From the NCBI GenBank assembly GCA_041497675.1, contig JBGQGY010000003.1, positions 335-64,334 of the forward strand: a DNA stretch of 64,000 nucleotides, given 5' to 3'. Shown piece after piece: positions 14,642-24,332 of the stretch. The position numbers were made by a program, and so were the translations under genes. The notes under the pieces are model-generated. The model made no database searches. It was not told the origin of the DNA and worked only from the letters and a program-made list of their open reading frames with translations. Every line of letters begins with the position of its first letter. Position 1 is the stretch's first letter. This DNA is from a bacterium (GTDB lineage Bacteria; Sysuimicrobiota; Sysuimicrobiia; Sysuimicrobiales; Humicultoraceae).

Positions 14642-16264
14642 TTATCGCTCCCGCCACAGGCGTAGTTGCACTTCGAACGGCGGTTTTACCTGCAGCACCC
14701 TGAGAAACACGTCGACCAGTTCCGGATCCAGCGTCGTCCCGGCCAGCGCACGCAGTTCATCCATCGCTTCGGCGACGGTCCGGCCACGGCGGTACGGACG
14801 GTCGGATATCATCGCATCAAACGTCTCTGCCACGCGTATGATGCGGGCACCCAGCGGAATCGCGTCGCCCGCAAGCCCGTCCGGGTAGCCGCTGCCGTCG
14901 TACGCTTCTTGATGGTGCTTCACGTCGTCAACCAGCGGACGAAACGGCGCCATCTCGCGGAGAATGGCCGCGCCGCGTTCGGGGTGCTGGTTCATCGCCT
15001 TGCGCTCGTCATCGCTGAGCGCGGCGCGCTTGCGCAGCACGCCCTCCGGCGCGCTGATCTTCCCGATATCATGGAGGAGGCTCGCCCACTGGATGCGCTC
15101 AACCTCTCCAGGGGGCAGGCCGATCTCCGTCGCGACGGCCACCGCATTGGCGGCCACGCGCTGTGAGTGCCCCTGCGCGTAGGGATCCTTGGCCTCCAGC
15201 GCCGCAGCCAGGGTGTTCACGGCGCTCAGCAAGAACTCACGCGATTGACTGTGCATTTGCGCGTCATGCAATGGAGGCGACGCCATCTCGGCCAGGGTAT
15301 ACGTCGCGCCCAGATGCTCGTCCCTGAAGAGCCGGATCCCGCGCCGTGCCAAGTGCACCACGCCAAACGATCGCTCGGCCGCGCGCAGCGGCACGAGCAG
15401 CGCCGATCCCGTCGCATCGTCGCCAAATACGCTCACCCACCGTGCGTCCGTCGACGCGTCGACGACCAGTTGTGGCAGACCGGAGCGCATGGCCTCCTCG
15501 ACCACGGCCGCTGAGTCCAGCACCTCTCCACGCGCGCGGAGCCTGCCGGCGGCGTCGAGACCGGCTTCGATGACCAGCCGCTGCTCGATATCCAGCACGG
15601 CGACCAGTCCGTAGTCCGCGTCGGCCAGATGCAGCGACCGATCGAGGAGCCTGCGGGCGCGATCGGCCAACGGCTGCCCGGCCATGGCGGTCAAGGTCGC
15701 GTGGATCTGCGCGGACACGTGCACGCGCCGGTTGAGTTCCTCGGCGCCGCGCAGCGCCGATTGCATCGCTTCAGTACGACGCTGTTCCATGAACCCGACG
15801 AGCAGTCCGATCAGCATCAGCAGCGCGGCCCTGGGGAGGATCCCCGCGGCAGGTTGGGAGTGGAGCGTAATCGCGGCCGCGTACCCCAGGGCAGAGACCC
15901 AACCGCCGACGACTCCCGCCACCAGACCGCGCCCGGCCGTCCCCCAGATCAGCACCGGCACATAGAAGAAAAAGAAGAAGCTCGTCATCCCGCCGGTCTC
16001 GCCCACGAGCAAGGACACGATGAGTAGCTCGAGGATCGTGCCGACGTAGGAGGCGACGTGCGGCCCAGACTGGCTGGGCGCCAGCGCGCTCAGCAGCCCG
16101 GCTGGGAACAGGAGCAATAGGAGAAGCGCGGAGGTGAGGCTGGGGCTCGCACGGTCGGTCTGTGTCCCGATCAACAGGACCGAAAACCCAAACAGTACCG
16201 CCAACCCGCGGAGATAGAGCGCCCACCATTCGAAGGGGGCCTTCTGGGCCGCCGATTTCATCAC
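14642..16264 (-). CDS. membrane-anchored GAF/HD-GYP c-di-GMP phosphodiesterase
   Basis: N-terminal multi-TM region, a GAF-like middle, HD (LHDIGK) and HHEAYDGSGYP (HD-GYP signature). Confidence 0.8.
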   Translation of the reverse strand: MMKSAAQKAPFEWWALYLRGLAVLFGFSVLLIGTQTDRASPSLTSALLLLLLFPAGLLSALAPSQSGPHVASYVGTILELLIVSLLVGETGGMTSFFFFFYVPVLIWGTAGRGLVAGVVGGWVSALGYAAAITLHSQPAAGILPRAALLMLIGLLVGFMEQRRTEAMQSALRGAEELNRRVHVSAQIHATLTAMAGQPLADRARRLLDRSLHLADADYGLVAVLDIEQRLVIEAGLDAAGRLRARGEVLDSAAVVEEAMRSGLPQLVVDASTDARWVSVFGDDATGSALLVPLRAAERSFGVVHLARRGIRLFRDEHLGATYTLAEMASPPLHDAQMHSQSREFLLSAVNTLAAALEAKDPYAQGHSQRVAANAVAVATEIGLPPGEVERIQWASLLHDIGKISAPEGVLRKRAALSDDERKAMNQHPERGAAILREMAPFRPLVDDVKHHQEAYDGSGYPDGLAGDAIPLGARIIRVAETFDAMISDRPYRRGRTVAEAMDELRALAGTTLDPELVDVFLRVLQVKPPFEVQLRLWRER

Positions 16265-16294
16265 ACCATCGATTATGCCCCCAGATCAAACCGG

Positions 16295-16822
16295 TCAGAC
16301 CGGCTCCTGCGGCGTGATGCCGCGGCGGGCCAGTATCGCCAGAGCCAGACGCTCGGCGTGACGCAGCATGCGTGTGCGCAGCGCCTCGCGCGGCGACAAC
16401 GGCGCCGTCAACACCGTCGGCACCCCCAACCGGTTCCCGGCCAGGATATCCGTGAAGAGCTGGTCACCGACCATCGCGGTCCGCGGTGGCGCCGTACCAA
16501 GCAGCTCCAGGGCATGCCGGAGCTTCGATACGCTGGGTTTGTAGGTGCCAAGGGAGAACGGGAGCCCCAACGCGGCGGCGGCTTCGCGCACGCGTTGGTT
16601 CACGTTGTTCGACACCAGGCAGGCGGGGATGTGCGAGCGCCGGATGTCGTCGATCCACGCGCCCACCGGGCCGGGCGGGGCGGCCTCTCTCCACAGCACG
16701 AGCGTGTTGTCTAAGTCGAGCATCAACGCGTCGATCTGCCAGGCGCGCAGGACGGCCGGTGTGAGATCGGTCACGGCGCGCACCCGATACCGCGGCGCGA
16801 GCAGTCGCAGCAGGTCAATCAC
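16295..16822 (-). CDS. yqeG: HAD-superfamily phosphatase, YqeG-like
   Basis: LMLDLDNTLV, SNN, GDQLFTDI motifs. Position after mltG matches the Firmicutes-type yqeG neighbourhood. Confidence 0.7.
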   Translation of the reverse strand: MIDLLRLLAPRYRVRAVTDLTPAVLRAWQIDALMLDLDNTLVLWREAAPPGPVGAWIDDIRRSHIPACLVSNNVNQRVREAAAALGLPFSLGTYKPSVSKLRHALELLGTAPPRTAMVGDQLFTDILAGNRLGVPTVLTAPLSPREALRTRMLRHAERLALAILARRGITPQEPV

Positions 16823-17841
16823 GGCCGGTACCGCCGGACCGCGGCGCGATGCTCCTCCAGCGTGCGGCTGAAGTAGTGGCGGCCATCGGGTTTGAGCACG
16901 TAGAACAGATACGGTGTCCGAGCCGGCGTCGCGGCGGCGGTGATGGCCGCAAGCCCGGGATTGGCGATCGGCCCAGGGGGCAGACCGGGGTACCGGTAGG
17001 TATTGTAAGGAGAATCGACGGCCAGGTCCTCCAGCGTGACGACGTCTTTGTGCCGGCCAAGCGCGTAGAGCACCGTCGCGTCGATCTCCAACCGCATGCC
17101 CTTTGCGAGCCGGTTGTAGATCACGCTCGCCACGATCGGGCGCTCGTCGGGTACGCGGGTCTCACGTTCGATCATCGACGCCACGGTCAGCAGCTGGTGA
17201 AGCGTGAGCCCGCGGGCTCCGACCGAGGAGCGCAATGTGATGCCGACAGCCGTCTCGAACCGGTCCAGGATCCCGCCCAACAGCCCCTCCGCTTCGAGGC
17301 CCCGCGCAAACTGGTACGTATCGGGGAACAGATAGCCTTCAAGACTATCCACGGGAAGATCGGCCAGCCCCGGCCGCCGCAGACTCCTCCCACCGCGGAG
17401 GGCCAGGTTCAAGATTCGGTCGCGGTCGGCGAGCCCGGCCGCGGACAACAGATCGGCGATTTGCGTGATCGTGTAGCCCTCCGGGATGGTGACGCGATGG
17501 AGCACCACCTCTCCCTTGACCAAGGCGTCCACGATTTGCAGCGCGCTCTGCGAAGGCGCTAGGAGGTACTCGCCGTGGCGGAGCCGGCCCGCCGCACGAC
17601 GCAGCATGGTGGCGATCACCAAAGCCCGTGCATCGCGCACCAGACCCGCCCGCGCCAGATCCTCGCCGATCCGCCAGGTTGACGCGCCCTTGGAGATCAT
17701 CACGGGGATCCCAGTACCCGTGCCCACCGGGCGAACTTCCCACCACACGGCGGCCAGGATCGCGACCACAAACGCAACGCCGGCCAAGACGATGCCGATC
17801 CACCGCACCGCCCGCCGGCGTGATGGCGCCGAAGGAGTCAC
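16819..17841 (-). CDS. mltG: endolytic murein transglycosylase MltG (YceG family)
   Basis: N-terminal TM, YceG-like core ...YLFPDTYQF...LTVASMIERE...IYNRL... Synteny with ruvX and DUF1292. Confidence 0.85.
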   Translation of the reverse strand: MTPSAPSRRRAVRWIGIVLAGVAFVVAILAAVWWEVRPVGTGTGIPVMISKGASTWRIGEDLARAGLVRDARALVIATMLRRAAGRLRHGEYLLAPSQSALQIVDALVKGEVVLHRVTIPEGYTITQIADLLSAAGLADRDRILNLALRGGRSLRRPGLADLPVDSLEGYLFPDTYQFARGLEAEGLLGGILDRFETAVGITLRSSVGARGLTLHQLLTVASMIERETRVPDERPIVASVIYNRLAKGMRLEIDATVLYALGRHKDVVTLEDLAVDSPYNTYRYPGLPPGPIANPGLAAITAAATPARTPYLFYVLKPDGRHYFSRTLEEHRAAVRRYRP

Positions 17842-17859
17842 GCTCGTCGTCTGCGCTGG

Positions 17860-18216
17860 TTAGTCGGCCTCCTCATTGTCATCCTCGCCGCGATCGCCGT
17901 TCCCCTCGTACTCCTCTCCGAGTTCATCGAGCACACCCATCTCGTCGCGGTCTTCCTGACCCTCGTCCAGGATAACCTCGCCGTAGCTCTCGGTGGCCTC
18001 CAGCGCGGCCATCACGCGACCGAGTTCTTCATCGTCCTCAATAGGCACCAGCCGATCTTCGGATTCCATGCGGAAAATCACGGCCGCGGCGTCTTCCTCG
18101 TCCTCCGGCAGCAGCACCGCGTACCGGCGCCGGTCCACTTCAACGACATCGACGAGGTTGAACCGATGCTCCTTGCCGTCTTCATCCTGCAGCGTGATCA
18201 CGTCCGACTCTTCCAC
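17860..18216 (-). CDS. DUF1292 (YrzB-like) acidic protein
   Basis: ITLQDEDGKEHRFNLVDVVEVDRRRYAVLLPEDEE...LVPIEDDEELGRV. Conserved partner of ruvX and mltG. Confidence 0.8.
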   Translation of the reverse strand: MEESDVITLQDEDGKEHRFNLVDVVEVDRRRYAVLLPEDEEDAAAVIFRMESEDRLVPIEDDEELGRVMAALEATESYGEVILDEGQEDRDEMGVLDELGEEYEGNGDRGEDDNEEAD

Positions 18217-18303
18217 CGCCTCTGCACCTCCACGACCCGGTTCATCCCGCGGTCAGCGCAACGGGGATGCGCCGGTGCGCTCGGGCCGAGCATAACACCT
18301 CCA

Positions 18304-18738
18304 TCAGGGCCCTCGCAACGGATCGACCCGGCTTCGCCGATCCAAATACGGTTGCAGAATCAGCGCTGCCGCGACCGCGTCACGGCGCGCGCGACGCTGG
18401 GCCGCCCGGCTGCCGGCGTCGCGCATGGCGCGTTCGGCGGCGACCGTCGAAAGCCGCTCGTCGACTTCGACCACCGGCACGGACAGCGCGGTGCGTAGCT
18501 TCGCGGCGAATCGCTCGGCCTCGCGCGCTTCCGCGCCAACCTCACCCCGCATCGTCAGCGGGCGCCCCACAACGATCTCACCCACCGCGGAGTCCTCGAC
18601 GATCTTTCTCAGACGCTGCACATCGGCCTTCCACGCCGACCGCTCGATGACGCCCAGCGGGCTCGCGATCGTCTCGGACGGATCGCTGATCGCCAACCCC
18701 AACCGCCGCGAGCCCGGATCGATCGCCAGAATCCGCAC
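18304..18738 (-). CDS. ruvX: Holliday-junction resolvase-like RuvX/YqgF
   Basis: MRILAIDPGSRRLGLAISD... Located immediately downstream of alaS. Confidence 0.85.
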   Translation of the reverse strand: MRILAIDPGSRRLGLAISDPSETIASPLGVIERSAWKADVQRLRKIVEDSAVGEIVVGRPLTMRGEVGAEAREAERFAAKLRTALSVPVVEVDERLSTVAAERAMRDAGSRAAQRRARRDAVAAALILQPYLDRRSRVDPLRGP

Positions 18739-18741
18739 GTG

Positions 18742-21390
18742 CTACGAAGCCGCCATCAACTGCCGGACGTCATCCACGACGGCGTCAAGCGCCGCATCGA
18801 GCCGGGCCGCGTCGCGACCGCCGCCCTGTGCAAGATCGGCCTTGCCGCCGCCGGTTCCACCGACGCGCGAGGCCACCGCGCGCAGAACGGCGTCGGCGCG
18901 AAGTCCGTGCGGGTGGAGGTCCGGGGTCACCATGGCCACCAGGTTGACGCGCCCGTCCGAGACCCCTCCGAGCACGAAGACGCCGCGGGGGGACTTCTGT
19001 CTCAGACGGTCGCCGGCGGCGCGCAGGTCTTCATGACTGGCGCCGTCGATGCGGTGCGCTTCCACATGGACGTCCTCGACGTCGGTGGCGATCTTGAGGG
19101 TGGCGGCCCCGCCGTCCACATCCACGCGCGGCTTGCGCGCGTGCTCCAGCGCGCGAACCTGCTCTTGGAGGCCGCGCACACGGGCGGTCACATCAGCGGG
19201 CGTCGCGCGAAGTTCGCCTGCCAATTCGGCCAGCAGACGGTCCTGGGTCCTGGCGCGTTCGTAAGCCGTCCAGCCGGTGACCGCCTCGATGCGGCGGATA
19301 CCCGACGCCGCACTGCTCTCCCCGGTGATGACAAACTGGCCGATCTCCCCGGTGGACGACAGGTGGGTGCCCCCACAGAGCTCCCGGCTATAGTCTTTGA
19401 CCGTGACCACGCGGACGCGCTCGCCGTACTTCTCCCCGAAGAGCGCCATCGCGCCGAGACGCTGCGCCTGCTCGAGCGTCATCGTCGTGACGCGCACTGG
19501 GCGCGCGTCCAGCACGATTTCATTGACCCGCCGCTCGACGGCCTCGCGCTCCACTGGCGTGAGCGCCGCGAGGTGCGTGAAGTCAAAGCGCAGTCGGTCG
19601 GGCGCGACCAATGACCCCGCCTGGCGGGCGTGCTCGCCGAGCACTTCCTGCAAGGCGCGGTGGAGCAGGTGTGTCGCGGTATGGTTGCGTTCCACCGCGG
19701 CGCGGCGCGTCCGGTTGATGGTGGCGCGGACCTTGCCGCCCGGCCGCAGGACGCCCTCGAGAATGCGCCCCACGTGCCCGGTGACCGTGGGGGCCAGCCG
19801 CCGCGTATCCGTGATCTCGACCCGGAGGCCACGCGCGGTCAACTCGCCCGTGTCGCCAACCTGACCGCCCGACTCCCCGTAGAACGGCGTCTGATCCATC
19901 ACAACGATGATGTCGTCTCCCACCGCCGCCACCGGCACGGATGCCCCATCTTTCAAAACGGCGAGCACCGTCGCCGGCAGCGACGACCGCGTGTAGCCTT
20001 CGAACTCGGTCGCCAGAAGATCGGCGAGGACCGTGGGCTCAGCCGAGGCCACGACGGCCGACGACGCCAGGCTTCGCTCGCGCTGCGCCTCCATCTCGCG
20101 GTGAAACCCGTCCTCATCCACGCTCAAACCCGCCTCACGCGCCACATCGCGTGTCATCTCGACCGGGAAGCCATAGGTGTCATACAGCTTGAAGGCGTCC
20201 ACCCCGGAAATCCTGTCCGCCCCGCGTGCACGCGCCGCCGCGATGACTTCGGCCAGGCGCTCAAGCCCTGTCGACAGCGTCTGAGAGAAGCGCGCCTCCT
20301 CCGCCCCGATCACCTTTGTGATGAAGTCGCGGCGCTCGGTCAGCTGCGGCTGGTCGGCGCCCATGTGGTCGATGACCGCGTCCGCCACCTGCCCCAAGAA
20401 GGGTCCCTCAAAGCCCGCCCGCCGGGCGAACCGTATCGCGCGCCGGAGGATCATGCGCAACACGTACGCTCGACCCTCGTTCCCCGGTGTGACTCCGTCG
20501 GCGATCAGGAACGCCGCCGCCCGACCGTGGTCCGCGATCACCCGATAGGACACGTACGCCGCCTTGCGCTGTGCGTCGTTGTGCCCAAGAAGCTTCTGGA
20601 TGCGGGCCAGGATCGGCGTGAACAAATCCGTATCGTACACGGACGGCGCGCGTTGGACGACCGAGGCAATGCGCTCGAGCCCCATGCCGGTGTCCACGCC
20701 GGGTTTCGGCAGGGGCGTGCGGGTCCCATCCGCAGCCTGGTTGAATTGCATGAAGACGAGATTCCAGATCTCCAGCCAGCGCTCACAGCCGTTGTCCAGC
20801 GCGACGCTGCAGTCGGATCGACCGCAGGTGCACGCCGCCGATCCCCAATCGTAGTACAGCTCCGAGTTGGGACCACACGGCCCGGTGGGCCCCATCGCCC
20901 AAAAGTTGGTGTCTTCACCCATGCGGAAGAGGCGCGACTCCGGAATCCCGATCGCCCGCCAATGCGCGTACGACTCGTCGTCCTCAAGAAGCACCGTGGC
21001 GACCAGCCGGTCGGTATCGATGGCGAGATCCTTGGTCACGAACTCCCAGGCGTAGGGGATGGCGTCGCGCTTGAAGTAGTCCCCGAAGCTGAAGTTCCCG
21101 AGCATGAAGAAGAGCGTGTGATGCTTGGGACTCGGGCCAACTTCCTCGAGGTCGTTGTGCTTGCCGCTGACGCGCATGCAGCGCTGCAACGTCACCGCGC
21201 GTACGTATGACGGCCGTTCGAGGCCCAGGAAGACGTCCTTGAACTGCACCATGCCCGCGTTGGCGAACAGCAGCGTGGGATCGCCGGCGGGGACCAGCGA
21301 CGAGCTGGGCACGACCGTGTGTCCCCGCTCCCTAAAGAAGCGGAGGAAGCGGCGGCCGATTTCGATGCCCGTCAGCGTGTGGGCCGTCAT
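18742..21390 (-). CDS. alaS: alanine--tRNA ligase
   Basis: 882 aa. Class II motifs, HTATHLLH editing/zinc motif, C-terminal DHHA1-like region. Confidence 0.95.
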   Translation of the reverse strand: MTAHTLTGIEIGRRFLRFFRERGHTVVPSSSLVPAGDPTLLFANAGMVQFKDVFLGLERPSYVRAVTLQRCMRVSGKHNDLEEVGPSPKHHTLFFMLGNFSFGDYFKRDAIPYAWEFVTKDLAIDTDRLVATVLLEDDESYAHWRAIGIPESRLFRMGEDTNFWAMGPTGPCGPNSELYYDWGSAACTCGRSDCSVALDNGCERWLEIWNLVFMQFNQAADGTRTPLPKPGVDTGMGLERIASVVQRAPSVYDTDLFTPILARIQKLLGHNDAQRKAAYVSYRVIADHGRAAAFLIADGVTPGNEGRAYVLRMILRRAIRFARRAGFEGPFLGQVADAVIDHMGADQPQLTERRDFITKVIGAEEARFSQTLSTGLERLAEVIAAARARGADRISGVDAFKLYDTYGFPVEMTRDVAREAGLSVDEDGFHREMEAQRERSLASSAVVASAEPTVLADLLATEFEGYTRSSLPATVLAVLKDGASVPVAAVGDDIIVVMDQTPFYGESGGQVGDTGELTARGLRVEITDTRRLAPTVTGHVGRILEGVLRPGGKVRATINRTRRAAVERNHTATHLLHRALQEVLGEHARQAGSLVAPDRLRFDFTHLAALTPVEREAVERRVNEIVLDARPVRVTTMTLEQAQRLGAMALFGEKYGERVRVVTVKDYSRELCGGTHLSSTGEIGQFVITGESSAASGIRRIEAVTGWTAYERARTQDRLLAELAGELRATPADVTARVRGLQEQVRALEHARKPRVDVDGGAATLKIATDVEDVHVEAHRIDGASHEDLRAAGDRLRQKSPRGVFVLGGVSDGRVNLVAMVTPDLHPHGLRADAVLRAVASRVGGTGGGKADLAQGGGRDAARLDAALDAVVDDVRQLMAAS

Positions 21391-21396
21391 CGCGCC

Positions 21397-22674
21397 CTAC
21401 TCTGCGCGCGACCCCGTGGTCACCTCGGCAACGAGCGCCAGGGATTCGGCGAGGGCGTCGGTGAACGCGCTCACCGCCCGGTCGACCTGCGCGTCCGTCG
21501 CAATGAGCGGGGGCGCGAACCTGATGACTTCACCGCGATTGAGCGTGTGGAACGCCAGCACCTGCCGCTGAATCATCCCGGCCATCACGAGAAACGCGAC
21601 GTCGGCCTCGGCAAACTCCACGCCGACCAGACATCCCTTCCCGCGGACGCCTTTGATCGCACCGGACGCGCTGGCCGACGCGCGCCGCAGACCGGTCATC
21701 AACCGGTCGCCGATCGCCCCTGCGCGCGGTAGCAGGTTCTCCTCGAGGATCACGTGGATAGCCTCCGCCGCCGCGGCCCAGCCCAACCGGTTGCCAAACG
21801 TGGTCGTATGCATGTAGGGATGCTTGATCAGCGTCTCCCACAGGTGCGGCCGTGCGATCATGGCGCCAACCGGCGCGATCCCGCCCCCCAACCCCTTGGA
21901 CATGGTCATGATGTCCGGGGTGACCCCCTCCCACTCGCAGGCCCACATCTTCCCGGTGCGCCCCATGCCGGTCTGGACTTCATCAAAGACCAGCACGGTA
22001 CCCTCACGGTCACAGATCTCGCGGGCCGCGGTTAGGTAGCCCTCCGGTGGGAGCATGACGCCGTTCTCTCCCTGGATGGGTTCAAGGAACACGGCAGCCG
22101 TCTCGCGCGTGGTGGCGCGGGCGAGCGCATCGGCATCGCCGAACGGCACGTGGGCAACCCCCGGAATCAGCGGTTCGAACGGCGTCTTGTAGAGCTCGCG
22201 CCCCGAGATCGACAGCGCGCCGAGCGTCTTCCCATGAAACGCGCCGATCATCGACACGAGACCCTTGCGGCCGGTGGCGGCGCGGGCAACCTTGATCGCG
22301 GCTTCGTTGGCTTCGGCGCCGCTGTTGCCGAAAAACACATACGTGAGATCACCCGGCGTGATCTCAGCCAGGAGGGCGGCCAGCTCGCCCATCGGCTCGT
22401 TGGCCATGATGCGCACCGACAGCGGCATGCGGTCGAGTTCGCGTCGCGCCGCCGCGACCACCCGTGGGTGACGGTGCCCCAAGATGAAGACCGCCGGCCC
22501 GCAGGCAAAGTCGAGGTAGTCGCGCCCGTACGCGTCGCGAATGATCGCGCCCTCGGCCTCAACCTCCAGCGTCTCGACGCCGAGGAACTTGAACCCACGA
22601 ACCCAGGCCGGATTCAGGTGGTCGGCGTACTGCTGGAAGGTGTGGAGCACCCGCGCCTCGATGTCCCGGTTCAT
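21397..22674 (-). CDS. class III PLP-dependent aminotransferase (acetylornithine/GABA aminotransferase family)
   Basis: DEVQTGMGRTGKMWA...TMSKGLGGG. Confidence 0.85.
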   Translation of the reverse strand: MNRDIEARVLHTFQQYADHLNPAWVRGFKFLGVETLEVEAEGAIIRDAYGRDYLDFACGPAVFILGHRHPRVVAAARRELDRMPLSVRIMANEPMGELAALLAEITPGDLTYVFFGNSGAEANEAAIKVARAATGRKGLVSMIGAFHGKTLGALSISGRELYKTPFEPLIPGVAHVPFGDADALARATTRETAAVFLEPIQGENGVMLPPEGYLTAAREICDREGTVLVFDEVQTGMGRTGKMWACEWEGVTPDIMTMSKGLGGGIAPVGAMIARPHLWETLIKHPYMHTTTFGNRLGWAAAAEAIHVILEENLLPRAGAIGDRLMTGLRRASASASGAIKGVRGKGCLVGVEFAEADVAFLVMAGMIQRQVLAFHTLNRGEVIRFAPPLIATDAQVDRAVSAFTDALAESLALVAEVTTGSRAE

Positions 22675-23153
22675 GCGCCTGCCTCCCTGACGGATTCGAT
22701 CGTGTCCAGGGCCGCCCTGGCGCGATTGACGACCTCACGCGTCTCCTTATACTTAATGCGCGCGAGCGCCTCGTCGATCGTGACCCACTCAGCGGCCACG
22801 AACCCTTCCTCTCGCTGAGGCCGCACCTCTTCGCCGCCGAGAAACTCGAGCAAGAAGTAGTGCACCGTCTTGTCGTAGTACGCACCCTCAGTGCGCCAGA
22901 AGAACGAATACCGCTCCTGGCCCAGATCTGAAATCACACGAACGCTGGTCAGACCAGTTTCCTCGGCGACCTCGCGCTTCGCAACCGCCTCGGGCGTCTC
23001 GCCGGTTTCAATGGTCCCTTTGGGCAGCATCCATTTCCCGGCCTCGTGTTGCAGGACGAGAATCTGCACGCCCCCATCCGCGCGCCGGAACACCACTCCA
23101 CCAGCACTGCGCGCCTGCTTGACCGTCTTTCGCCGACGTGGTGCCGTCCCCAC
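22671..23153 (-). CDS. NUDIX hydrolase
   Basis: Nudix box GTIETGETPEAVAKREVAEETG. Confidence 0.8.
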   Translation of the reverse strand: MGTAPRRRKTVKQARSAGGVVFRRADGGVQILVLQHEAGKWMLPKGTIETGETPEAVAKREVAEETGLTSVRVISDLGQERYSFFWRTEGAYYDKTVHYFLLEFLGGEEVRPQREEGFVAAEWVTIDEALARIKYKETREVVNRARAALDTIESVREAGA

Positions 23154-23242
23154 ACTCGCACTCCTTTACTACGTCCATCCTAACGCGAAAAGCCCGGGTG
23201 CCATGACCCGGGCTTCACCGATCCTCTGTGCGGCCGCAGGTC

Positions 23243-23689
23243 CTACCCTCGCAGCGCGTCGCGCACCACCTGCTCGACGGCGCGGCCATCCGCCCGGCCG
23301 GCGGCGCGGCGCATGACTTGCCCCATCACCTTCCCGAAATCCCTCTCGCTGGTGGCACCGACCTCGCGCACAACATCCGCCACGACCTGCCGGATCTCTT
23401 CCTGCGTGAGCGCCGGCGGCAGGTAGCCGAGCAAGATCGCCATCTCCAGTTGTTCCTTTTGAACGAGGTCCGTGCGACCACCGCGTTCAAACGCCTCAAT
23501 GGCCTCGCGGCGACGTTTGACCTCGCGCTGGATCACTTCGACGGCCTCTGCCTCGGTCAGCGGGCGGCGGTGATCGATCTCGGCATTCTGGAACGCGGCG
23601 CGCGCCAGACGGATCGTCGACGTCCGAACGCCGTCACGCGCACGCAACGCATCCTTCAGGTCTGCGTCCAAGCGGGAGGCGATCGTCAT
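23243..23689 (-). CDS. yqeY: GatB/YqeY domain protein
   Basis: MTIASRLDADLKDALRARDGVRTSTIRLARAAFQNAEI... follows rpsU as in many Firmicutes and Chloroflexi. Internal ATG chosen. Confidence 0.75.
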   Translation of the reverse strand: MTIASRLDADLKDALRARDGVRTSTIRLARAAFQNAEIDHRRPLTEAEAVEVIQREVKRRREAIEAFERGGRTDLVQKEQLEMAILLGYLPPALTQEEIRQVVADVVREVGATSERDFGKVMGQVMRRAAGRADGRAVEQVVRDALRG

Positions 23690-23720
23690 CGCCGCGGGCA
23701 CGGTGTCGATTCGGTACGCC

Positions 23721-23897
23721 CTACTTGCGGCGCCGCTTCGCGCTGCGCGCGATCTTACGCCGGCGCTTTTCACCGGGCGTCTCGTAGTGTTCATGACGCT
23801 TTGCTTCGGTCAGGATCCCAGACCGCTTCACCTGACGCTTGAAGCGGCGAAGCGCGGAGTCCAGACTCTCGTCTTTTCCTACGCGGATTTCGGCCAT
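23721..23897 (-). CDS. rpsU: 30S ribosomal protein S21
   Basis: MAEIRVGKDESLDSALRRFKRQVKRSGILTEAKRHEHYETPGEKRRRK... Confidence 0.85.
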   Translation of the reverse strand: MAEIRVGKDESLDSALRRFKRQVKRSGILTEAKRHEHYETPGEKRRRKIARSAKRRRK

Positions 23898-24070
23898 TGC
23901 TTTCCCCTCCCGGACAAGCGGGATGCGGCCGACCAACTCGATTGGCCCTCAACAGACACGAAGCAGGTTCCCCCGCCGTGACTCGAGGAACCTGCCATTC
24001 GAAATACCTGGGCGATCCGCGGAACGGATCGCCGAAACTGTACGGTGGCAGGCCGTACGACACACCGATT

Positions 24071-24100
24071 ATACCATCGGCCCCACGAGTGTCAAAAGGC
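24071..24100 (-). promoter_or_regulatory. near-consensus sigma-70 promoter (TTGACA-N17-TATAAT, extended -10 TG) for rpsU, giving a ~165-nt leader containing a hairpin
   Basis: Minus strand reads ttTTGACActcgtggggccgaTGgTATAATcgg. Leader contains GGCGAUCCG-cggaa-CGGAUCGCC (plus 24010..24035). Confidence 0.6.
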
Positions 24101-24332
24101 CGGGATTGGTCTGATTGATGGGCCTGTGGGGCATTCCTAAGAATGAAGGTCCGTCTCGAACGGGAGTACTGCTTGCACCGCCCGGCCGACTTTCAAGAAC
24201 GCGCCGCACGGCTGTGGCCTAAGCGCGGGGGACTTCCCGCCAGGACGGGATTCAACGGTACGGTCGCGTCAGCCAGAGCGATCCACGAGATTCATCTGGC
24301 GGCGACCGTATCGTGTTTTTCCGCGAGCAACG

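Noticed and set aside
19630-21210. 526-aa plus-strand ORF
   Set aside because: Antisense to alaS. Arg/Gly/Pro-rich, no motifs. Typical high-GC shadow ORF.
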